DNA from: the human T2T-CHM13v2.0 reference genome, Homo sapiens
Direction: 5' to 3' (one strand)
DNA length: 64,000 nucleotides
NCBI RefSeq assembly: GCF_009914755.1
Contig: NC_060936.1
The notes beneath the pieces are model-generated. The model saw only the letters and a list, made by a program, of their open reading frames with translations, did no database searches and was not told the origin of the DNA. The position numbers and the translations under genes were made by a program. How positions within the stretch are numbered: position 1 is the stretch's first letter; every line of letters begins with the position of its first letter. Below are positions 35,343-64,000 of this stretch, one piece after another.

Positions 35343-35770
35343 CTGTTTTAAAGCTTTAAAATGATTCTACTTCCATAGTTTGCTACTTGAGTGATACATG
35401 TATTGCTGTGATAAGAACATAGATTGTAATTCCCCTTCCCTGCAAGAGTAGTATGTCACACCTCATCAGACCACACATGTGAGTAATTGACCTCAACTAC
35501 TAGACTCCAAAATACATATAAACCCAAGATTTTGACTGACACTTTGACAGCTCAGACTGTGACCTTAGTTAGTTACACAGAAGGCATTTTTATGGTGGAC
35601 CTTGCCCCCTGATCTGTGCTTGCAGCTTGATCTTTCAAGCTGTTTCTTTGTTAGAAAGGAATTCTACCAAGGACATGTCCTAGCTATCTGCCTAACTGGT
35701 ACTTTTCACTCTCCTCTCATTCGTAAATTTATTATTTATTTATTTATTTATTTATGGGTTTTTTTTTTGA

Positions 35771-35875
<105 letters not shown>

Positions 35876-36051
35876 TGAGTAGCTGGGATTACGGGCGTGC
35901 ACCACCACGCCCAGCTAATTTTTGTATTTTTAGTAGAGACCGCGTTTCACCATGTTGGCCAGGCTGGTCTCGAACTCCTGACCTCAAGTGATCTGCCCTC
36001 CTCGACCTCCCAAAGTGCTAGGATTACAGGCATGAGTCACCGCACCCAGCC

Positions 36052-36228
36052 TCATTAGTAGATTTAATATTATTATAAAGGAGTTATAAATTAGAATTGC
36101 TGTTACTCAGCTTATATGAGTAATTGATGAGTAGGCTAAGAGTTTTTTGTAATTGTGTCTGATTTAGCCCTTCTCATCCTCCTACTAAAAATGATAATAT
36201 AGCGGTGGTTAATATTATGTTTAGGTTT
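36052..36228 (-). pseudogene. NUMT: MT-ND2 middle part
   Basis: Reverse complement gives LSFLVGGWEGLNQTQLQK.LAYSSITHMSWVTAILIYN. Confidence 0.85.
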
Positions 36229-36800
36229 GAGAAAGAAAATGAACATTTTATCTGAGGAATGTGAGCTCCTTTAAATTATCAAGCCCAGAGGAATATTTAA
36301 AATGTGACAGCAGGCTGGACGCAGTGGCTCACGCCTGTAATCCCAGCACTTTGGGAGGCCAAGGCGGGCGGACCATGAGGTCAGGAGATCGAGACCAGCC
36401 TGGCTAACACGGTGAAACCCCGTCTGTACTAAAAATACAAAAAATTAGCCGGGCGTGGTGGCGGGCGCCTGTAGTCCCAGCTACTCGGGAGACTGAGGCA
36501 GGAGAATGGCCTGAACCTGGGAGGCGGAGCTTGCAGTGAGCCGGACATTGTGCCACTGCACTCCAGCGTGGGCGACAGAGTGAGACTCTGTCTCAAAAAA
36601 AAAAAAAATAAAAATAAAAAAACTTAAAAAAAAAATGTGACAGCAATCACATCTCACTCTCTGCTTGAGCTAATTACCTCTTAAAGCCCCTTGCAACATG
36701 GGCTCTAGACTGACACTAAGCAGCCACAAAATGCCCTGTGCTGGACACCATGTATAGCCAATCACTAACCAATATTATTTCTGTAAACCAATGAGAATTC
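36229..36800 (+). mobile_element. Truncated ERV1 LTR (MER57-like) with an inserted AluY (~36313-36633)
   Basis: ttttatctgaggaatgtgagctcctttaaattatca...gtaaaccaatgagaattcct; TSD aaaatgtgacagca around the Alu. Confidence 0.55.
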
Positions 36801-37049
36801 CTATCAAACAACTTCCGCAGGCAAGTCATGCAATGTCTCTGCAGGTCTCCGAAGCTCTCATGGAGATGGTAGCTCCTCTCTGCATCTGGTCATCCAGTCC
36901 TCTATAAATCACCTGTGAATCTCATGATATTCTAATTAAGAAACAAATAATAATAGATGTTACTACTTTGTCTTTTGTTTCCCTCTATCTGTGTCTTCAG
37001 AAATTGATTCCATGTAATTATTTGTCTGAAAACAGAGAAAGCCCCTACA

Positions 37050-37715
37050 GGGAAAATCCAAGATGGCTTCCAGTGATTTTCATGTCCTGAGTTTCAAATC
37101 CTTGTGTATGAGTCCCCTCTTACTCTGAATCATGGCTGGCCTGTGTAACAAATAGAATACTGCAAAAGAAATAGGGTGTGATTCCAAGATGAAGTCATCA
37201 AAGTCGTGGAAATTTCCACCTTGGTCTCTCTTCGATCACTCGCTCTGGGCCAGGTATGGTGGCTCACACTGGTAATCCCAGCACTTTGGTAGGCCGAGGC
37301 TGGTGGATCACTTGAGTCTAGGACTTTGAGACCAGCCTGGGCAACACAGCAAAACTCCATCTCTACAGGAAATTTTTCAAAAGGTAAATTAATCTGTAGG
37401 AAGCCAACTGCCATGTCCTGAGGTTATTTAAGCAACCCTGTGGAGAGGCCTGTGTGGCAAGAAACTGAAACCTTCTACCAGCCACTAGCACAAACTTGCC
37501 AGCCATCTGAGCCTGCCACCTGGGAAGCACATTCTCCAGCCTCAGTCAAGCCCTCAAATGATTGCAGCGCTGGCTGCCATCTTGACTACAACCTCGTGGG
37601 GGACCTGAGACAGGAACACACAGATAAGCTGCTTCTAAATTCCTTACCCACAGAAACTGCCAGAGGTAATACATATTTATTGTTGGTTTAAGCTACAGAG
37701 TTTTGGGGTACCTTG
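37050..37715 (+). mobile_element. MLT1-type MaLR LTR overlapping the APOBEC1 3' end in antisense
   Basis: cctcagtcaagccctcaaatga...cccacagaaactg...tttaagctacagagttttggggta MLT1 3' signature. Confidence 0.75.
37676..37681 (-). terminator. AATAAA polyadenylation signal of APOBEC1
   Basis: Plus-strand tttatt, ~125 nt after the stop codon; first AATAAA in the 3' UTR. Confidence 0.75.
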
Positions 37716-37804
37716 TGAACATTTCTAGATTCTAAATGGCATTCACTCTTTAGTGGGTCATCATTGCTTGTTCTTGAATCAGTACACACACGGAATCATC
37801 CTAT

Positions 37805-54158
<16,354 letters not shown>

Positions 54159-54189
54159 GGTGCTCTGTCTCTGGACTTCCTCCTCTGGA

Positions 54190-54400
54190 GTCATAAGTTG
54201 TGCTGATTGTTCCTGGACTTTGTTGCTTCAGGTGTGCCCACTGCCACCTGCTTGGGCAGAGGATGACTCATTCCCGCATCTCAGGCAGTTATGGGAATCT
54301 GAGCTGTCTGTACAAACAGGGGGCCGACTGAGAGGGACATTATCGTGGGGATTTGCATCTTTAGTGATGAGAAAGCCTATGATGCAAATGACATGAATTT
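54190..54400 (-). promoter_or_regulatory. APOBEC1 proximal promoter with HNF4 (CAAAGTCCA, 54214-54222), AP-1 (TGACTCA, 54264-54270) and two octamer motifs (54351-54358, 54382-54389)
   Basis: Exact motif matches in unique sequence immediately upstream of exon 1; binding is inferred. Confidence 0.6.
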
Positions 54401-54489
54401 TGTAGGGTGGATCACTGGGTACCAAATTCCAAAGTTCTTCAATGACATCTGAATTTGGTAAACTTTCTCTTTCTTTAAATAAAGATTAA

Positions 54490-54799
<310 letters not shown>

Positions 54800-55216
54800 T
54801 GAACTCTTGACCTCAGGTGATCCACCCGCCTCGTCCTCCCAAAGTGCTGGGATTACAGGCATGAGCCACCGTGCCTAGCCTAGGATGCATCATTCTTTAA
54901 TGGAGAGATGAGAGGAAAAATAAAGTTAAGAGAGACTTAATCTGTAACTATAGCTTGAAAATTTTTATGTTATCTGGTGAGCACACTGTGGCCTTGGCTT
55001 TCAGCTGTTATTCACCTATTTCCAACTTCCTCTCATTTTGCTCTCTGTCCTACATCCGTGTTGGAGAGGGGAGGGGAGCTATTAGATACAAAATGAGAAG
55101 GACCTTGGCCTCTGAGTCAGCTAATTTGTGTACAGGTCTTTGGTGCTCTCTTCATCCTTGAATCTAAGATTAAGTGTGTGGCCAAGTCCACTTCTGCCCT
55201 TTTTTTTTTTTTTTGA

Positions 55217-55519
<303 letters not shown>

Positions 55520-56234
55520 TGAAAAAGTAAATGCCATACTTCCCTATGCCATTGCTCTCTGTTGCCTGAACCCTGGGTCAAGTTCAAGCCAAAAATTCCT
55601 CTGAGTCTCAGCACTTACTCCTAGAATTGAGGTCACTTTTTCAAGGCCTAAGTCTCCCTCTAGTGTCTCAAATCTAGAACTCCTGAACTTTGAATCTCAA
55701 GGCCCCATGAACCTGAAACCCGAATCCTACATACAAGACTTTACTTAGTTATGAAAGTCAACCTGGAGCCTCCATGAGATAAAGCAGGTGTTTCGACAGG
55801 GGCAGACCAGTGTTTTGAAGAAGGGGCAGAAATCCCACATCATCAATAAAGGCCCTTCAGAGACCAAGTTTTTCTAAGTTAGGTAAGAGTAGAATCATTG
55901 TAGAATAAAAGTAGGTTAGGCCAGGCGCAGTGGCTCGCGCCTGTAATCCCAGCACTATGAGAGGCAGAGATGGGAGGATCACCTGAGGTCAGGAGTTCAA
56001 GACCACCCTGGCCAACATGGCAAAACCCAGTCTCCTAAAAATATAAAAGTCAGCTGGGTGTGGTGGCAGGTGACTGTAATCCCAGCTTCTCGGAAGGCTG
56101 AGGCATGAGAATTGCTCGAACCCAGGAGGGAAGTTTGCAGTTAGCCGAGATCTCACCATTGCACTGCAGCCTGGGCAACAGAGTGAGACTACGTCTAAAA
56201 AAAAAAAGAAAAAAAAAAAAAAGGTAAGATAATA

Positions 56235-56695
56235 GCCATCAACGATATCCATGTCCTGATCCCTGGAATCTGTTAAACATATGAACTTAAGTGCCAAAAG
56301 GGTCTTTGTCGTTAATTAAAAATCTTGAGATGAGAAGACAATCCTGGATTATGCAGGTGGGCACAGTCTAATCACAGGGTCCTTATAAGAGGGAGGTAGA
56401 AGAGTCAGAGTCAGGATGCGAAATGGAGATATGAGGATGAGAGCAGAATTCTGCTTGCTGGCTCAAAGGGAGCCACGATTCAAGGAATGAGGAAAGCCTG
56501 TAGAAGCTGGAAAAGGCAAGGAATGGATTCTCCCCCAGAGCCTCCAGAAGAAATGCTACCCTGATGACACCTTGATGTCAGCTTAGTGAGACCTGTTTTG
56601 TACTTCAGACCTCCAGAACTATAAAACAATGTGTGTCGTTTTATACCATTAAGTCTGTGGCAATTTCATGAAGCGGCAATAGGAAACTGATATGG
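56235..56695 (+). mobile_element. MLT1 (C/D-like) MaLR LTR
   Basis: gaagctggaaaaggcaaggaatggattctcccccagagcctccagaag...gcaataggaaactgata. Confidence 0.8.
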
Positions 56696-56941
56696 TAGGA
56701 CATGCTCCCAGGAAGTAAACATGCAGCAGCCAAGAGGGTGCAAAACTTGGGTTTGTTTTCTACTAGAATGCCTATTGAGCGCTTCGTCCATGTTCTGTTT
56801 TGTTTAAGAAAACTTGGAACTATGACATATGACAGACTATCATGTGGTTAATTATTTGTAAGTGAGGTCAAAGATAATCAAGGATGAAATGTAGCTATTC
56901 AGTTTAAGTCTGTCCTGCACCTGAAAATTTATGAATTTTGA

Positions 56942-57340
<399 letters not shown>

Positions 57341-58661
57341 TAGCAGCTATCCTCCTACTCCTAGTCCCAGGCAAATACTGCTCTTTCTGTCTCTATAGTT
57401 TAGTTTTGACTATTATAGAACTTCATACAAATGGAATCATGCATTGTGCACACTTTTGTGTGTTCTTTTGCTCAGCTTTTCCTTTTTTTTTTTTTGAGAC
57501 AGGGTCTCACTATACAACTTTTTGTATTTTTAGTAGAGACGGGGTTTCACCATGTTGGCCAGGCTGTTCTTCAGCTTTTCTATAAAATCGGTCTACATGA
57601 TTAGGTGTATTGGTGGTTAATTTTCATTGCTGAATAGTATTCCATTGCATAGGTATGCTACGATTTGTATATTCTTCTGTCGATGTGATGTACTTTGGGT
57701 TATTTCCAATTTTAGGCTTTCATGAATAAAGCTGCTGTGAACATTTGTATACAATTCTTTGTGTAAACATGTCTCTTTTTCTTCCTCTTGGGTAAATACC
57801 CAAGAGTGAAATTGCTGGATCAAATAGGTAAATGCACATTTAACTCTTTTTTAAAAAATTGATTTTATTTTTTATAGGGACAGGGTCTCACTATATTGCC
57901 CAAGTTGGTCTTGAACTCCTGGGTTTGAGAAATCCTCCTGCCTTGGCCTCCCCAAAGTTCTGGGATTACAGGTGTGAGCCACTACACCCAGCTACATTTA
58001 ACTGAAGAAAATGCCAAATTGTTGTTACCAGTTTACATTTTCATCAGGTGTATAAGAGAGCCCCAATTGTTATACAACCTCATCAGTACTTAGTAATGTC
58101 AGCCCTGTTAGTTACAATCATACTTGTGAGTGTGTGGTAGTATCTCATTGTGATTTTAATTTGCATTAAAATTAAATGCAATGAACATCTTTTCATGTAC
58201 TTATTAGTTATTTATATATCTTTTTTCTGAAACTTGTTCAAATTTTTTGTCTTCCCTCCCTACCTCGCCCACCTCCCACCCACCCTGGAGACAAAATTTT
58301 GCTCTTGTTGCCCAGGTTGGAGTACAATGGCCCCATCTTGGCTCACTGCAACCTCCTCCTCCCGGGTTCAGGTGATTCTCTTGTCACAGTCTCCCGAGTA
58401 GCTGGGATTACAGGCGTGTGCCACCATGCCTGGCTGATTTTTGCATTTTTAGTAGAGATGGGGTTTCATCATGTTGGTCAGGCTGGTCTCAAACTCCTGA
58501 CCTCAGGTGATCCACCTGCCCCAGCCTCCCAAAGTGCTGGGATTACCAGGTGTGAGCCACCACACCTGGCCTTGTCCATTTTTTAATTGGGTTCTTTGTC
58601 TCATTACTGAGTTGTAAGAGTTTTTTACGTATTGTGGATACAAGCTTTGTCATATCTGTAT

Positions 58662-59339
<678 letters not shown>

Positions 59340-59575
59340 TATATATTTCCCTTAGTCTCTGGTTTGCTTTTTATTTTCCTTAATGGTGTCTTTTGAAGAG
59401 CAGAAGTTTAATGAAGTTTTAGTAAAGTTCAGTTTATATCGATTGGATTACTTTTTATGGTTAGTGCTTTTTGTCTATGAAATCATTGTCTACTCAAAAG
59501 GCACAAAGCTATTCTCCTATATTTTCTTCTGGTACTTATATATTTTTAGTTTTAGCTTTTACAATAAACCTATGA

Positions 59576-59869
<294 letters not shown>

Positions 59870-59937
59870 TGATCCACCCTCCATGGCCTCCAAAAGTGCT
59901 GAGATTACAGGCATGAGCCACTGCACCTGGCCAGTAT

Positions 59938-59939
<2 letters not shown>

Positions 59940-59971
<32 letters not shown>

Positions 59972-60249
59972 AGACGGAGTCTCGCTGTCGCCCAGGCTGG
60001 AGTGCAGTGGCGCAATCTCGGCTCACTGCAGGCTCCGCCTCCTGGGGTTCACGCCATTCTCCTGCCTCAGCCTCCCGAGTAGCTAGGACTACAGGCGCCC
60101 GCCACCTCGCCCGGCTAATTTTTTGTATTTTTAGTAGAGACGGGGTTTCACCGTGTTAGCCAGGATGGTCTCGATCTCCTGACCTCGTGATCCGCCCGCC
60201 TCGGCCTCCCAAAGTGCTGGGATTACAGGCGTGAGCCACCGCGCCCGGC
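59940..60249 (-). mobile_element. Young AluY-lineage element
   Basis: CpG-rich body, pure 31-nt A tail, long TSD acctggccagtattct. Confidence 0.85.
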
Positions 60250-60437
60250 ACCTGGCCAGTATTCTTTTCTGTACATATGAATATCTGCATTATTTTTCCC
60301 TCATATGGATATTTAGTTTTATAGCATCATTTGTTTTAAAAAATATATACTTTTCTGACCAAGCACCATGGCTCACGCTTGTAATCCTAACACTTTGGGA
60401 AACCGAGGCGGACAGACCACTTAAGGTCAGGAGTTCA

Positions 60438-61162
<725 letters not shown>

Positions 61163-61653
61163 TCAAAAAAATAAAATACAAAAATTAACCAGGCGTGGTG
61201 GCAGGTGCCTGTAATTCCAGCTACTCGGGAGGCTGAAGCAGAGAATCTCTTCAATCTGGGGGGCGGGGGTTGCAGTGAGCCAAGATCTAGCCACTTCACT
61301 CCAGCCTGGGTGAAAGAGCAAAACTCAGTCTCAAAAAATAAAAAATACAAAAAATACAAAATCAATTGGCAGCTAGGCGCAATGGCTTAGGCCTGCAATC
61401 CCAGCACTTTGGGAGGCCGAGGTAGGTGGATCACTTGAGGTCCAGAGTTCGAGACCAGCATGGCCAACACGGTGAAACTACATTTCTACTAAAAATACAA
61501 AAATTAGCTGGGTGTGGTGGTGCGCACCTGTAATCCCAGCTATTCAGGAGGCTAAGGCAGGAGAATCGCTTGAATCCAGAGGGTGGAGGTTGCAGTAAGC
61601 CAAGATCGTTCCACTACACTCCAGCCTGGGTGACAGAGTGCAACTCCATCTCA

Positions 61654-62052
<399 letters not shown>

Positions 62053-62100
62053 CTATATGTCCATTATTATGTTTACACCACATTGTTATGATTATCATAA

Positions 62101-62325
<225 letters not shown>

Positions 62326-63377
62326 TAGCCAGGACGGTCTCAATCTCGTGACCTCGTGATCCGCCCGCCTCGGCCTCCCAAAGTGCTGGGATTACAGGCG
62401 TGAGCCTCCGCGCCCGGCCAGTAAGTTTTTTTTTTTTAAGATGGAGTTTCTTGTCACCCAGGCTGGAGTGCAACGGCGTGATCTCGGCTCCCTGCAACCT
62501 CAGCCCCCCCAGGTTCAAGTGATTCTCCTGCCTCAGCCTGCCGAGTAGCTGTGATTACAGGCGCCCACCACCACGCCTGGCTAATTTTTTGTATTTTTAG
62601 TAGAGACAGGGTTTCACCATGTTGGTCAGGCTATTCTTGATCTCCTGACCTCAGATGATCCACCCACCTCAGCCTCCCAAAGTGCTGGAATTACAGGTGT
62701 GAGCCACCCGCACCCGGCCACTCTTATTTCACTTAACATAGTATCCTCAAGATTCATCCACGTTGTAGCATGTGACAGGATTTGTTTCTTTTTAAAGCCT
62801 GAATAATATTCATTATACGTGTATATCACATTTTGTTTTTTCATTCGTCAATGACATTTGTATTGCTTCTACCTTTTGGCTATTGTGAATTGTGGCGCTA
62901 TGAACATAGGTGTGCAAAGATCTCTCTGAGATCCCTCTAAGTTTTTTGTTTTCTTTTTTATTTGTTTTTTTTTTTAAGTGAGATAAGGTCTCTGTTGCCC
63001 AGGCTAGAGTGCAGTGAAACAATCACAGCTCACTGCATCCTGAACTCTTGGGCTCAAGCAACCTGTCTGCCTCAGCCTCTCAAGTAGCTGTGAATACAGG
63101 TACTTGCCACCATGCTCAGCTAATTTTTTTATTTTTTATAGAGACTAGGTCTCACTATGTTGCCCTGGCAGGTCTCAAATTCCTGGGCTCAAGCAATCCT
63201 CCCTCTTCAGCCTCCCAAAATGCTGGAATTACGGGTATGAGAAACTGCACTCGGCTTCCTCAGGGTAGTTCAAGCTACTAGGAACTGAAACAGGAGGATT
63301 GCTTGAACCCAGGAGGTCAAGGCTGAAGTGAGTTATGATCACACCACCGGTACTTTAGCCAAGGCAACAGAGTGATT

Positions 63378-63720
63378 CCTGTTTTATGTTTATTTCAATG
63401 GCAAGAACATCATTGACATTAAATGTCAACTCGGGAATTTTGAGGAGGTGAGAGCCTCCTGTGTAGGAATACTTCTCTTTCTTATCTCTACTATTTGGTT
63501 TGCCATGCATATGCTTATGGATTTTTAGTTTGGGTTGCAAAAAATACCCACTTGGTGTCCTAGTGTATTGTATATATGTGTGTGTTTGTGTGTGTGTGTA
63601 AATAGCTATTTAACAGAGGAAAAAGGGAAACAATAATACTTGTAACATAAACATCTGAATTATGTATTTGGCATCTCAGCCAGAATCATTTGAACCAACT
63701 GCATTTTGTACTAAGTCACT
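63378..63720 (+). repeat. Direct duplicate of APOBEC1 intron-1 segment 45101-45446
   Basis: Near-identical unique sequence from cctgttttatgtttatttcaatggca to gtactaagt.act. Confidence 0.93.
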
Positions 63721-64000
63721 GGGATTACAGGTGTAAGCCACTGCGCCCGACCTAAATTTTCAATCAATATGTGCCAAGTGATTATTATTTAAAAATATTA
63801 GCTTGAGAAGAGTTCTCAGACTCAATTTTATTGTCATGAGCCTCTTACAGTGAGGTCTCACAGACTTCCTTTTTCCTTCATGCCACTGACTCTGAGACCA
63901 TCTGGCACTATGACACCTCCGTTGGGTAATCAAGCCATAAACCAAAATCTTTAGTCTCCAGTTCCTGTACTGCCTTTCTCAAAATGCAGCCTGAGTCTGA
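63719..64000 (-). repeat. Inverted duplicate of intron-1 segment ~46691-46956 (runs off the window end)
   Basis: ORFs 46746-46931(+) and 63760-63945(-) are near-identical. Confidence 0.93.

Overview
Primate (almost certainly human) genomic DNA from the APOBEC1 locus on 12p13. The only protein-coding gene is APOBEC1 on the minus strand. Its five coding exons (16+28+398+119+150 nt) give the full 236-aa cytidine deaminase, with Ile at residue 80. Most of the remainder is interspersed repeat: dense Alus, L1/L2/MIR, MaLR and LTR12 solo LTRs, DNA transposons, and a degenerate two-LTR ERV1 provirus with a tRNA-Gly PBS. Three things stand out. (1) About 21 kb downstream of APOBEC1 lies an orphan CpG island with a 555-bp, 185-triplet interrupted GCC/CGG repeat containing 13 perfect [CCT(GCC)8] units. 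It is flanked by RFX, ETS and NRF1 motifs and a perfect minus-strand splice donor, so it looks like the first exon of an unannotated CGG-repeat transcript. (2) A very old NUMT (ND2-WANCY-OL-COX1, plus COX2-tRNA-Lys) is broken into at least six pieces in both orientations over ~29 kb. Together with two inverted breakpoint duplications, these pieces record a complex local rearrangement. (3) Pieces of APOBEC1 intron 1 are duplicated, one direct and one inverted, ~9 kb upstream of the gene. Repeat subfamily names and repeat boundaries are by eye and approximate.
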